A stretch of DNA of 64,000 bases from an uncultured Bacteroidota bacterium (GTDB taxonomy: Bacteria > Bacteroidota > Ignavibacteria > UBA10030 > UBA6906), in the NCBI GenBank assembly GCA_963700635.1, contig CAVOYH010000003.1:32001-96000 (forward strand), written 5' to 3'. Under the pieces are notes generated by a model, which saw nothing but the letters and a program-made list of their open reading frames with translations, was not told where the DNA came from and made no database searches. The position numbers were made by a program, and so were the translations under genes. Shown here one piece after another: positions 20,329-31,700 of the stretch. Numbering within the stretch: position 1 is the stretch's first letter; every line of letters starts with the position of its first letter.

Positions 20329-21312
20329 CTACCCCCCCGGCACCAGAAGCCAGCTGAACTTTTCTGATCCCGTGAGGGACACCCGCCCTGCCATCTTTCG
20401 GTACCGCTCCGCCAGGCCGCAAACATAATCCTGAGCTTTTGCGGCAAGATCTGAAAGCCCCGAAAGGCGTTCGACGTTCCAGGTCCTGACAAGGTCATCC
20501 ACGATGTCCGCGTAATCTCCCGCCGTGTACACACCAGTCTGCTGGGCCACCTTTGAGAACTTCGCAAAAAGGTGCTCATCGACCCCATCGTACATCAGTA
20601 CGGCAGGCATGGTGATCTTACGTTTCATCATGGTCGAAAATGCGAGGACGGCCTCGGCGGGATCCAGTTCAAACACCCTGTTCATGAACAGCTTGTACGC
20701 CTTTTCATGCCGGGCTTCGTCGCCTGCGATGACGCCGCAGATAGCATGAAGGGTATCCTCGCCGGCACGTTTCGCCAGGGTCGCGACGTTCCGGTGGGAG
20801 ATTTTTGTTGCCCGTTCCTGAAATGACGTGTACACAAAACCCAGGTACGGATCGTTTTCGGCCTGCGGGTCAAAACCCCGGTTCAGTAGATGGTGTATCG
20901 TGGTCTCCACCGCCCGCATATTAACCCGGCCCGTAAATGTAAGGTATCGGTTCAAAAGATCCCCATGCCGGTTCTCCTCAGATGTCCAACCCCGGCTCCA
21001 CTGCGCCCATGGATTGTCGCTGACCCCGGTGGGGTCAACAAGCCCGCGCAGCCGGTTCAGCCAGCTCTGATATGTGGGCAAGGCTTCTTCCGTCACCATA
21101 TCCCCCACCAGGACAGCAAGGATATCCTCGGGAAGAACCTTCGCGCGTTCGCGGAATTCGGTCAGGCGCTGTGCCCAGTCCTCCGCATTCAGGTCAGGAA
21201 GGAAATCTGAAGGTTGCCAGCTCTCCTCCACCGGCTTCAGCAACGAACCAATGTGTTCGCGCACAAAGCCCTGCATACTCTCAACCACCTCTACATGGCG
21301 TTCCATCGACAT
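20329..21312 (-). CDS. Acyl-ACP desaturase (soluble di-iron, plant/DesA type)
   Basis: 'WQPSDFLP', 'GDMVTEEALPTY', 'WTSEENRHG', 'YTSFQERAT', 'DEARHE' (two ExxH motifs). Confidence 0.92.
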   Translation of the reverse strand: MSMERHVEVVESMQGFVREHIGSLLKPVEESWQPSDFLPDLNAEDWAQRLTEFRERAKVLPEDILAVLVGDMVTEEALPTYQSWLNRLRGLVDPTGVSDNPWAQWSRGWTSEENRHGDLLNRYLTFTGRVNMRAVETTIHHLLNRGFDPQAENDPYLGFVYTSFQERATKISHRNVATLAKRAGEDTLHAICGVIAGDEARHEKAYKLFMNRVFELDPAEAVLAFSTMMKRKITMPAVLMYDGVDEHLFAKFSKVAQQTGVYTAGDYADIVDDLVRTWNVERLSGLSDLAAKAQDYVCGLAERYRKMAGRVSLTGSEKFSWLLVPGG

Positions 21313-21448
21313 AACTTGACCCTTCAATTGACTATACTATGGTACGAGTTTTGGGAGTTTCGTCCAAGCACAAAACGGCATCCCGCCTCCCGGCGTGCAG
21401 CGGAGCCGGTCGCAACCGCATCCGGTCAGCAGGAACCCTCCGTGCATT

Positions 21449-22114
21449 CTACGCGCGCCGGATCTGCCTGATAAATTCGTCAAGTTTATGGCCATCCAGC
21501 ACTCCATCCGTTCGCACACCACTGCACACGTCCAGGCCGAATGGACCAACTTCCTCGATGGCTTCACGTACGTTTTCCGGGCGTAGACCACCGGCAAGAA
21601 ACACCGGAACATCAACCGCCTCGCGGATGGTCCGGCTGACCGACCAGTCGTGTGTACGCCCGGTACCGCCCAGCTCCTTTACCGCCAATCGGGGATTTCC
21701 TGAATCAAGGAGAAGAGCATCAACGTGTGCCGCCGCATCCAGAGCCTGATTCACCGATTCCGGACCGGTTATGTGTATTACCTGGACGAGTTTTACGCCC
21801 GGGAGTTCTTCACGGAGCTGGACATAGGTGCCCAGCGTAAGGGTATCCACAATCTGAATGGCTGTCGTACACATGCGCCGGTGTTGCTCTATTATACCGG
21901 CCGCCGATTGTCGGGACGTCAACAGAAATGTCGCCACGGGCGGCGGCACATATCGCGTGAGGTCCGCTATAAGCGCCTCATCAATCACTCCGGGTCCGCT
22001 GGGCATGGCGCTCACAAGCCCGATGGCGCTCGCTCCGGCGCGGATAGCAAGCATTGCCTCCCGGCGGCTCTGGATACAACACACCTTAAGACGGGGATGA
22101 CGTGTCGGCTGCAT
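21449..22114 (-). CDS. trpF: Phosphoribosylanthranilate isomerase
   Basis: 'LKVCCI', 'LLLDS', 'GGTGRTHDW', 'LAGGLRPENV', 'GLDVCSGV'. Confidence 0.88.
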   Translation of the reverse strand: MQPTRHPRLKVCCIQSRREAMLAIRAGASAIGLVSAMPSGPGVIDEALIADLTRYVPPPVATFLLTSRQSAAGIIEQHRRMCTTAIQIVDTLTLGTYVQLREELPGVKLVQVIHITGPESVNQALDAAAHVDALLLDSGNPRLAVKELGGTGRTHDWSVSRTIREAVDVPVFLAGGLRPENVREAIEEVGPFGLDVCSGVRTDGVLDGHKLDEFIRQIRRA

Positions 22115-22212
22115 CAGCCCACTTCTGATTGGTGAAGGGAATTCGTAAACGACCGGCTGCTCCGTACCCACCTCTGGCAATTCTCCCCCTCCCCGGCGCG
22201 GGGCATTGGTCA

Positions 22213-23608
22213 CTACCGGAGCATCACAATTCGCCTGGTCAGACTCTGCTGCGAGGACGCCAGACGGCAGAGATACACCCCGCTTGCGAAGCGCCCCCCA
22301 TCGAATGGTACCGTGTGAACCCCCGCGGATTGATGTCCATCCGTGAGCGTAACCACAGTGCGTCCAAGTAGATCCAGGATCTGCACGACAACGCGCCCGT
22401 CCTCCGGCACGCTGTACTGAATCGTCGTAACGGGATTAAAGGGATTCGGGTAGTTCCAGAGGGAGTAGTCTTTCGGGCAGCGCCGCAAAAACCGGTCGCG
22501 CGGTTGAGGCAACTATTCCCTTAAGCCTCATGATTCTTGCGTACGAATCGTCGATCCGCTCTGAGGAAATCACGCCGTCCAGCACCGCACGCTCCAGGAC
22601 AGTGACGACGCGCCGCGCAAGGGAGTTGCCCAGACTATCACGGTTGCTGTTGTAGAGCAGGACGTCAACACCCGCGTTAACGGCAAGAATCATCGCTTGA
22701 TCAAGACCGTAGTGGGTGGAGATGGCTTTCATGCTCATCTCGTCGCTCACCACGACGCCGTCATAACCAAGCTGACTGCGCAACAGGCCGGTAATCGTCG
22801 CAAACGAGAGCGTCGCCGGGTACAGAGAATCGATGGTTGCATTGTACAGGTGGCCGGTCATGATAGCATCCACCGCATTGCCGGCGATCAGCCGGGCGTA
22901 CGGGTCAAGTTCCACACTCGACCAAGTGGTGGTCACGTCTGTCAGGCCGAGGTGCGAATCAGCAGTAGCGCTTCCGTGCCCCGGAAAGTGTTTTAGTGTC
23001 GTGAGGATCCCTTTCCTCCGGAACTCATCGATAAACCACGAAGCATGCTGGACGACCACACCCGGGGCCGGGGAGAAGCTCCGATACAGCGCCCCGATGG
23101 CCGGACTTGCAGGATTTATATTCAGGTCCACCACCGGAGCCAGGTTCATGGTGAGCCCGGTCTGTGTAAACCAGCCCGCCATCATGGAGGCCGTGGCACG
23201 CGTACTACTTTCCTGATTCAACACAGTGCCGAGCTCGTACGCCGATGGTGATGCGGCAAACCCATTCGACGGGCTGAGCCGGGCCACTCTCCCACCTTCC
23301 TGGTCGATGGCAAGGAGGAGAGGGATATGCGCACGCTTCTGCAGTTCGGATGTGAAGTGTGCGATCTGTCCGGGGCTTTTGAGATTGCCGCTCCAGGTGA
23401 ACATAACAACACCACCGACCAGATGCTCTGCAAGATCATTCTTCAGCGTATCCATTGAGGGAGAAGATCTTTCTACGGAATCTCCGGTCACCGTAATCAT
23501 CACCATCTGACCGAGTTTAGCGCGGAGGGGAACCTGGGAGAAAGCAGACAGGCAGCCGAGTGGCAAAAGGACGCAACCCAGGAACACGCGTAGACGGATA
23601 GACCGCAC
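22213..23608 (-). CDS. GH3 beta-N-acetylhexosaminidase (NagZ-like) with T9SS CTD, split by one +1 frameshift
   Basis: 'IDQEGGRVARL', 'KHFPGHGSATADSH', 'VVSDEM'; deleting one A at 22471-22473 joins it to the 'NYPNPFNP' CTD ORF 22213-22512. Confidence 0.85.
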
Positions 23609-23666
23609 AGAATCTCTTTCTATTGTTGGTTCAAAAACAGCGTTGTGGCGCGCAGATGGAGAGGGA

Positions 23667-25406
23667 CTATTTCGTCGCCAGCTTTGCCCCCAGCCCCGAC
23701 ATTCGTTGGGGCTTCCGGCCGATCCCGGCGCGAATCACGGCCTCCGTCCCCCATACTTCACACCGCCGCCTGGCCCGTGTGATGCCGGTGTACAGAAGAT
23801 TCCGCGTGATCACCGGACTCTCGACATCGGGTATGAGGAGAAGGATGTCTTCAAACTCGGACCCCTGGCTTTTGTGCACCGTTGTGGCATACGCCGGCAT
23901 ATGGTCGGGCAGCCGCGCGGGCGGATACGCTCTGAATGTCTCCGCTTCTCCGGGAAATACCACCCGGAGATTCTTGTCCGCATCCGCCAGCGTTATTCCC
24001 ACATCGCCATTAAACAGGTTAAGGGTATAATTGTTTGCTGTAATGATCACCGGTTTGCCGGGGTACCACTCCTGCCCGGTCGTAATGATTCCCTGCCTCT
24101 TGAGCCATTGCTGCACCAGCTCATTGAGCGCCCCGACACCGCCCGGACCATCCCGAAGCGGCGTTAAGAGTCTGAATCTGGCGAAGGCTTCGAAACATTC
24201 CGCTTCTGGCGCTTTCCCGTGCACGAGGTCAAAATACGGCTGGAGCCAGTGAGCGACCGCGTTCTCCGGAAACACTTCACCGCCTCCGCTCACCGTCTTA
24301 TGCCAGATCAGCTCACCGCTTGCATCCGAACTGAGAATCCGGATTGCTTCGTCATCATCTCCTGCATTCACCGCCCGCGCCAGGCGCCCGATGCCGCTGG
24401 CCTCGCCAAACCGGTAACTCTTCGTGAGGATGAACAGAGCATCCCTCAGACCGGCTCCGCGGGAGGGCGGCACGCTGATTTCACCAAGGACCTTTCTCGC
24501 CAGCGCAAGAAACTCGGGTGTGTACACCTGTTCTCCACACAGCTCGCCGAACACACTGCCGGGCTGCACGGCATCGAGCTGATCTTTATCGCCCAGAAGA
24601 ATAAGCCCGGCTCCCGGACGCAGCGCCTCCACCACGCGCGTCATGAGCGAGAGATCGATCATCGAGGATTCATCCAGCACGATAAGGTCTGCATGGACCG
24701 GATTGGAGGCATTATACGCCGGGCGGCCGGACTCATGGCGGATACCCAGTAGCCGGTGTATGGTGGAGGCTTCATCCGGGATCAGCCGCCTGGTTTCTTC
24801 CGGCAGGTCCATTGTTGTTTTCGCCCGGCTGATCGTTTCGCGTAACCGGTCGGCCGCCTTGCCCGTGGGTGCAGCCAGCCTTACAACATATCGGGACCCC
24901 GGAGGGCGCAGCATCACTTTGAGTGCAAGGATCCGGGACACAGTGGTTGTCTTCCCGGTGCCGGGACCGCCGGAAATGATTGCCAGATTTCGTACCGCCG
25001 CCCCGAGCGCGGCAAACACCTGCTCGTTATTTGTCCACCCTTCCGGGAACACCCGCCGCAGACTGGACCGTAGCGCCTCTTCCCCCGGCATCGTCTCCAC
25101 GGGGACCGACAATTTCCTGAGCGCCGACTCCACCGTGTGTTCGTAATACCAGTACCGCGCAAGGTAGAGCCGGCGTCCATCCAGTATCAGCGGCTTGAAC
25201 TCTCCGGGCTCCCCCACGATCGTGCGCAGTTTCCTCAGGGCCGCTACTGTCGCCTTGATCTTCTGGTCCGAATCAACATCCAGACACACGTGCCCTTCTT
25301 CCAGACCGGAAGCCAGCGCAAGCACTGCTTCATCCAGCTCCGGCCCGGCCGTGGGTTCAGACTTCCTGAGAAGCGCCGACAGTGACCGCGCAAAAAACTC
25401 CATCAT
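23667..25406 (-). CDS. recD: Exodeoxyribonuclease V alpha subunit
   Basis: 'ISGGPGTGKTT', 'AAPTGKAA', 'DESSMID', 'TVHKSQGSEF'; ATGA overlap with the recB stop. Confidence 0.93.
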   Translation of the reverse strand: MMEFFARSLSALLRKSEPTAGPELDEAVLALASGLEEGHVCLDVDSDQKIKATVAALRKLRTIVGEPGEFKPLILDGRRLYLARYWYYEHTVESALRKLSVPVETMPGEEALRSSLRRVFPEGWTNNEQVFAALGAAVRNLAIISGGPGTGKTTTVSRILALKVMLRPPGSRYVVRLAAPTGKAADRLRETISRAKTTMDLPEETRRLIPDEASTIHRLLGIRHESGRPAYNASNPVHADLIVLDESSMIDLSLMTRVVEALRPGAGLILLGDKDQLDAVQPGSVFGELCGEQVYTPEFLALARKVLGEISVPPSRGAGLRDALFILTKSYRFGEASGIGRLARAVNAGDDDEAIRILSSDASGELIWHKTVSGGGEVFPENAVAHWLQPYFDLVHGKAPEAECFEAFARFRLLTPLRDGPGGVGALNELVQQWLKRQGIITTGQEWYPGKPVIITANNYTLNLFNGDVGITLADADKNLRVVFPGEAETFRAYPPARLPDHMPAYATTVHKSQGSEFEDILLLIPDVESPVITRNLLYTGITRARRRCEVWGTEAVIRAGIGRKPQRMSGLGAKLATK

Positions 25407-28400
25407 GTTCTCCCCGTCTCCATCAGACACGTTTCCAGTGCCCGGACGAGCTCCGGTCCAGGTCGATCATAGTAGACGCCGGTCTGCTCTCCCTGACGCA
25501 TACCCCTGAGGAACAGGTAGATCACTCCCCCAAAATGGTTGTCATACGAATACCCCGGTACACGCGTCTGAAGATACCGGTGTACGGCAATACTATAAAT
25601 GAGGTACTGGAGATAGTAGTGTTCGTGTGCCATGACTTCGGTGAGAATCAACCCGTCATACTGTGCGGGCGAGTTCCCGAGTTGATTCGATTTGTAGTCC
25701 AGAAGATAGTACTTCCCGTTCTGTTCAGCCAGCAGATCGATCGTGCCGATCATAAATCCGCGCATATCGCGCTCTCTGAGTTCTGCTGCGGCCGCTGAGA
25801 ATACTTCCGGGAGTCCATGCCGTGGATCCTGTACTATCTCTCGTATATGATCGATGTTGAGCCGGTCCATACGATACACAAAATCAAGTTCCCGCACACA
25901 CTGTCGTTTCTCTACATTCCGCAATTGAAGTCCTCCGGGCCCGAGCGGAACAGAAAGTGCAGCGGCGACCATCCGGGAGAGCGCAGGAGCGAACTCCTGC
26001 CGGTACCCGCCTCTCTGCAATGCCCGTGTGACGCGTGCCTCGATCTGGTCATCGGAACTCTGGAAATCCAGCTGTTCAAACAACTGATGCCACATTCTCC
26101 CTGTCCTCGCTCCGGCCGGGAACGAAAAGATGGACCATTCCTCCGCGGGAGGGAGTGGGCTTTCCCTTGTTCCGGCGTCGAGATCCCGCCCGGATCTGAT
26201 CCAGTCATTGGTCAGGGATGTATAACTTGTATAACTCCAGGAGGGAAATATTAATCCCCTTCTGAAGGTCCTTGGCTGCAATTCATCCCCGGTGGAGGTT
26301 ATGGCTGAGCGCGTGTTCGTCCCGGGTTCCGGGTGTGACGTCCCCAGGACGGAAGACGACATCGCGCCCTTCAGGCCCTTGACCAACTCGTGCACCGGCC
26401 GTACGACATCTGCATGGGCGAGCTTCTTCATGTTCGCACTTTTCCCGCCACAATCCTCGAAGAAGAGCCAGGAAAGCGCCGCGTGTTCCATCTTATTGGC
26501 CTGCCCCCATACAACATAACACCGTTGGCGGGCGCGTGTCAGCGCCACGTACAGGAGCCGCAGACTTTCTGATTGCCGTTCCTGTTTCATTGTCTCGAAA
26601 TGGAGATCCCACTCGGGGGAACCGATGTCAGCAGTGAGCACCGGCATCTCCCGCGATTTCTTCTTTCCAACGCTCTTTTCCTGGTGGTAGAAGACCGGCG
26701 GTCTATTGGATCGGGCTTTTTTCTCCTCCTTCCCTTCCCAGGCATACGGACAAAAAACCACGGGGTATTCCAGACCTTTGCTGGAGTGTACGGTCACGAT
26801 CTGCACCCGCTTCGCATCACTTTCCAGCCGGATGCTGGTTTCATCCGACTCCTCTGCTGCATCCGCCACCTGTTCCTCCAGCCATCGGAGCACATGGTCA
26901 TGACCGGGATGCAGGATGCTTTCCTGATGAAGCAATTCGATCAGGTGGAGCAGATCTGTAAGCCGGCGTTCCGCATTCACATACATGAGCAGGTGTTCGG
27001 AGATGGACTTCCCGCCGGCGGCAATCCCGTTGCCATAGAGCAATTCCATTGACATCCGGATGAATCCATTCTCCGCGTTTTCCCAGATCCCGCGTAACCG
27101 AACAAAGCGGTCGGCGATTTCCCCGTATGCAGCCGAGTTTTGTTTGATGGCGGCAATACCCGCCGCCGTGTACCCCACCGTGGAAGAGATGAGAGCGGTG
27201 GACAGCGAGGACTCGTGCGAGGGTGATACGATGGCGCGCAACAGCAGAAGAAGGTCCTTTGCCCCTTCGGACCCGAACACGTTCCCCATGGCCTTCACGA
27301 TGGAGGGAATTCCTGCCGAGCGAAGAACTTCCTGTACCGTGTTCGCCTGGGCGTGGGTGCGGACAAGAACCGCGATATCACCGTGAGAAAGTTCCCCCTC
27401 TGCTGGATCCTGACTCGGAACAAGTTGTCCAATCTCATCCGCCACGGCCCGTACAGCCATACGTTGTGCGTCAGGTTTACTCCACCCCTTCTGACTGCCT
27501 TTCTTATTCTGGCGTTGTGGCGCCTCCGGCAGAAGAAACCAGTGTAATGCGGACCGACGGGGGATCGCCGGCAGCCGGACAGGAGCTTTTCCCTTATCGT
27601 GTTGGGCACGCACAGGAGGATATCCTGTCTTTTCCCCATCGAAAAACGGATATTCCTTCCCCCCGAATGTGAAGATACCCGTTACGGCCGTCACAAGGTC
27701 CTTTGCAGACCGGTAATTCACGGACAGGGTGGTTTTCCGTGACTTTGGAATGGACGCCGTCGCCCCGAAGTACGCAAAAATATCTCCTCCGCGGAACGAA
27801 TAGATCGCCTGTTTCGGATCACCCACGAACACAACCGGATGGTCTGCACCTTCGTAGATCCGGCGGAAAATATCAAACTGAAGCGGATCAGTGTCCTGGA
27901 ATTCATCGATGAGTGCTGCGCGGAATGTACTTTGCAGGGCGGCAGCAAGCCGGACGCCGCCCGGTGCAACCAGGGCGTTGTGCACGTGCAACAGCATATC
28001 ACCGAAAGAAAGGACTCCCTGCTCCCGTTTGCGCCGCGCAAAACGCTCCCGTACATAGGCGATAAGATCATGTGTTACCGCGAGGGCCACGTTCGTTGGG
28101 TCTTTTGTCCTGCGCGCCGTCTCCAGTTGAATCGCCGCCGGTACTAACTCGAGGAACGGATTACCGGCAATTTCACGGAGCTTCTTCAACCGGCCCGTGG
28201 TCATCAGCCGTCCCGTGGTCCGCCAGTCGGACTCGGAGGCACCATCAAAGAAAGCCGAATGTTCCACGCACCAGCCATACTCCTCGACCGACAGATGTCC
28301 GAGATGCGTGCGGGCAAAGTCGGCGACAACGGATTCCAGAATCGGCAGGTCGTCGGTCAGGACTTCAGCTGTAAAATCCATGCCCGAGGAGAATGCCTGC

Positions 28401-28768
28401 TCGCGGAGAACACGCCGGCAGAACCCGTGAATCGTGAATATGGCAGCCTCATCAAACGCAACGAGTGCCGCTGCCAGCACTTTTTCCGCCTGCGTCAGGG
28501 TTTCCTCTGAACAAAGAAGCTGTTGGAGCCGGGCCTGCAGGTCATGGTCCTCGAGCGTCTCCAGGGACCGGGCACTGATCGAATCGCGGATTTCCCGGAT
28601 GCGGGAGCGGATACGGTCACGCAGTTCAGCAGTCGCAGCTTCGGTGAATGTCACCACCAGAATCTGACTGACCTGCAATTTCTGCTCGACAAGGAGCAGG
28701 ATGTACCTGCTCGTAATCGAGTAGGTCTTCCCTGTTCCCGCGCTTGCTTCGATCAGTTCAAAGGCCAT
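25403..28768 (-). CDS. recB: Exodeoxyribonuclease V beta subunit
   Basis: 'EASAGTGKT', 'DEFQDTD', 'VGDPKQAIYSFRG', 'LLYVALTRA'; nuclease 'GTIDL...DYKSN...Y.LQY..Y'. Confidence 0.94.
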   Translation of the reverse strand: MAFELIEASAGTGKTYSITSRYILLLVEQKLQVSQILVVTFTEAATAELRDRIRSRIREIRDSISARSLETLEDHDLQARLQQLLCSEETLTQAEKVLAAALVAFDEAAIFTIHGFCRRVLREQAFSSGMDFTAEVLTDDLPILESVVADFARTHLGHLSVEEYGWCVEHSAFFDGASESDWRTTGRLMTTGRLKKLREIAGNPFLELVPAAIQLETARRTKDPTNVALAVTHDLIAYVRERFARRKREQGVLSFGDMLLHVHNALVAPGGVRLAAALQSTFRAALIDEFQDTDPLQFDIFRRIYEGADHPVVFVGDPKQAIYSFRGGDIFAYFGATASIPKSRKTTLSVNYRSAKDLVTAVTGIFTFGGKEYPFFDGEKTGYPPVRAQHDKGKAPVRLPAIPRRSALHWFLLPEAPQRQNKKGSQKGWSKPDAQRMAVRAVADEIGQLVPSQDPAEGELSHGDIAVLVRTHAQANTVQEVLRSAGIPSIVKAMGNVFGSEGAKDLLLLLRAIVSPSHESSLSTALISSTVGYTAAGIAAIKQNSAAYGEIADRFVRLRGIWENAENGFIRMSMELLYGNGIAAGGKSISEHLLMYVNAERRLTDLLHLIELLHQESILHPGHDHVLRWLEEQVADAAEESDETSIRLESDAKRVQIVTVHSSKGLEYPVVFCPYAWEGKEEKKARSNRPPVFYHQEKSVGKKKSREMPVLTADIGSPEWDLHFETMKQERQSESLRLLYVALTRARQRCYVVWGQANKMEHAALSWLFFEDCGGKSANMKKLAHADVVRPVHELVKGLKGAMSSSVLGTSHPEPGTNTRSAITSTGDELQPRTFRRGLIFPSWSYTSYTSLTNDWIRSGRDLDAGTRESPLPPAEEWSIFSFPAGARTGRMWHQLFEQLDFQSSDDQIEARVTRALQRGGYRQEFAPALSRMVAAALSVPLGPGGLQLRNVEKRQCVRELDFVYRMDRLNIDHIREIVQDPRHGLPEVFSAAAAELRERDMRGFMIGTIDLLAEQNGKYYLLDYKSNQLGNSPAQYDGLILTEVMAHEHYYLQYLIYSIAVHRYLQTRVPGYSYDNHFGGVIYLFLRGMRQGEQTGVYYDRPGPELVRALETCLMETGRT

Positions 28769-28774
28769 TGTCCG

Positions 28775-31700
28775 CTATTTTTTCTTCTTGGTGAAGTCTG
28801 TCTCTATCATACCCCGTCTGGCCGTCACGGCGATCATTCTGGCGAGTGCCTCGAACTCTTCGTTGATGGCCTCTTCGCCTGAGCCAAAGGCCCGCGCATA
28901 GTACTCGTCCAGACTCTCACTATAGCCACCGTACCTGTTCGGGTCATCCCAGGACTCCCTGAACTTCGCGAGCACTTCCCCGGGGTCTTTTTCCTCAGTC
29001 TCCTGCGCATACTTCAATGCCAATCCCGGGAAAAAGTGGAGGGGTCGCCGGAGTCCCTCGCCATACCAGAACAAGAGCTGCTCCAGGAGCTTCTCCGGGT
29101 CCTTCACCTGCGGGAATTCCTTCAGACCATTTACACCCAGAAGGCTCCCGCACAATCCGCCCCTGGTATGGTGTGGATGGAGAAGGCAGACGCTCAGAAA
29201 CCGGATCCAAAATGAAATCACATCCGCATCGTGAATTTTCCCCGGTTTTACGAGAAACATTCCACGGGATGTGACGTCGGGCTGGTACACTTCCAGCACC
29301 CAGTCTCCGACAACAATTTCGCCGGCAATAGCCGGAAGTCGTGGCTCTGCAGTCAGTGCCTTGAATGAAGTCACAAAGGCATTGGCTTCTTTCATGACGG
29401 AAGTAAATCCGTATGATCCGGGCACGCCAACGGGCAGCCGGCCGTCGGCAAGGAGGACGGCGAGTAATTCCCTGTCAACCACCTCCCCTTTCGGAAGAAG
29501 CTGGATGAGGGCCCGGTAGATCGCCCGCGTCTCCACCTTCCCCACAGCGAGGGGTTCCTGCGATTCCACTGCATCTGCTTCTTCCCGGTATCGTACGCCA
29601 AGACGTTTTTCGAAGAGCGCTCGCGTGGGGTGCTCATAGAAGCGGCACAATTCATCCAGTCGCACTTTTTTGAGTTCGATTCCTGCATCGGGCAGCACGT
29701 CGGCGAACAGCGAATGATGTATTTCTGAACCGGTCCCAATGCCCCTGCTGATCCGGCAGGCTTCAGAAGAATAGCTGAAGAGTCGGGGATCAAGGCCGTC
29801 AAAATAGCGGGAGGAAAACGACTGCAACGGATGGGCGATGTGCAGCGCGGCCATCGCTTCCTTCACCGGGTCCGCATTTCTGTCCGGATCTCCCGCGTAC
29901 CCGATTTCTGCCGCAAACTCCAGAAGCTCGGCAACCACCGGTGACATCGGACGGGCTCTGCCCGTCTTCACGTCCTCCCCGATATATGTCATGAGCAGCC
30001 GTTCACGAGCGGAGAGCAGAAGTTCCAGGAAGAGATACCGGTCGTCCAGACGGGCTGACCGGTCCCCGTGCCGGTAATACGTCTGCATCAGGTCAAAGCT
30101 GGGCGGTTTTACGTTGCGCGGAAACTCGCCGTCGGCCATCCCCAGCAGCGCAACCACCTTGAAGGGAAGCGGCCGCATGGGTTTCATCGAACAAAACGTA
30201 ATCCCGCCTCCAAGAAACCGCATCCAGGGAGCGGATTCCGACTGTTCCGCGGAAAACAAGGAGCGGAACACCGCACTCTCTACGGCGCCAACATATCCTG
30301 CGTCCTCGCTCGCAGACACGGCCTTTGTGATGATCTCACGTATACTCTCCCGGCTTTCAAGGTACTCCCTCGTCGGTCCGATGAACCTATCCAGCCACGC
30401 TGAGAGAACCCCTCCCCATTCGGTCATCGTCCTCGGGTTTCGGAGATCTCCCACCCAATCCTGCAACGCGTGCACAAACGTACCAAAGCGGTCCAGAAGG
30501 TCGACCTGCTGTCCCTCGATGGTATCAAACGGAAGAATCCCATGGAACATCGGGACGGCATCTCCGGCGAGCGCACGGGGCAACCCTACGCCGAGAATCA
30601 TCCGTTCAAGACCCCATGACCAGGTGAACTGCTCGGACTCAGGGAGTTCCCATTGTTGTTTTTGCCCACCGCTCATTCCCCACCTGATACCCGACTGCTC
30701 CACCCAACCGGCAAGTGTGTCCAGTTCATTCACAGCGATGGCAAATGTGTCGCGGACAGGTCCGGTTCGGAGAAGATCAAGAATCAGATCGGCATCAAAC
30801 CGGGTCGCCGGGAGGTTCAGAAGGCGCGTCCAGACATCCACCACGGTATCGATCTGTCCTCTTTCCCGGTCGGTGATATCGTAGGGAAGTATCCTGCGCG
30901 TGGCGGATGCGCCGATGTCGCTGTGTGATGCGCGGGGAAACACGGCCTCAACATAGGGCGCGTACATGTTGATATCGGGAGCGAGTACCAGGATGTCCGA
31001 CGGCAGGAGCACCGGATCCCGATCCAGCATGGCAAGCAATTGGTCGTACAGTACTTCCACTTCACGCATACGTGTATGACAGCTATGGATCCGGAACGAA
31101 TCATCGTCCTTTCGTGCGGGAACGGGTTCTTCCGAAAGGGAGAGAATCCCGGTTTGAAGCGTATGCAGAAGTGTGTTCTTGCCGGGGTCTTCAAAAAGTC
31201 CGACCGTGCCTGCCCCGACGCCTTCCGTTTCCACGACAAACCGTATGAAGTCGCGTCCTTGTTTTCCAAACGATCCCAGAAGGGCATGCGGCACATCCAC
31301 GTGCATCAGTTCGGCGGAATACACGAGGTCGGTCCTGACCCGCATCCGCTCATCAGCTATGTCATCCCACTTCTCGCGGCAGGGGTTCAGTACATACGCA
31401 CACACAGTGGTTTGTGCTCCCAGGGCATGCAGAATATCCACGTAGGCGGGAGAAAGAGAACTTATGCCGAATACGCTTACCCGTTCCGGAAGTCCCTTGA
31501 CCGGATTCTTCAGAGCCTGGAGGAATGATTGGAAAAGGCGGGCGCGATGAGGATGTGTAATCCCGGCTGTTATTCGTTGCCAGAGTTCCGCCTGCCAGAG
31601 CTCATCGTTGCCAAGGTTCAGCCTGGTGCCGGCCTCCCATTTTTCAAGCCATTCCATGCGGTAGACAAGATACCGGTTGAAGAGTTCGGCAAGGCGGCCG

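Noticed and set aside
20205-20350. 6S or SRP RNA
   Set aside because: Overlaps a CDS end, lacks the SRP GGAA-loop motif and the usual 6S gene context; kept only as an unassigned hairpin
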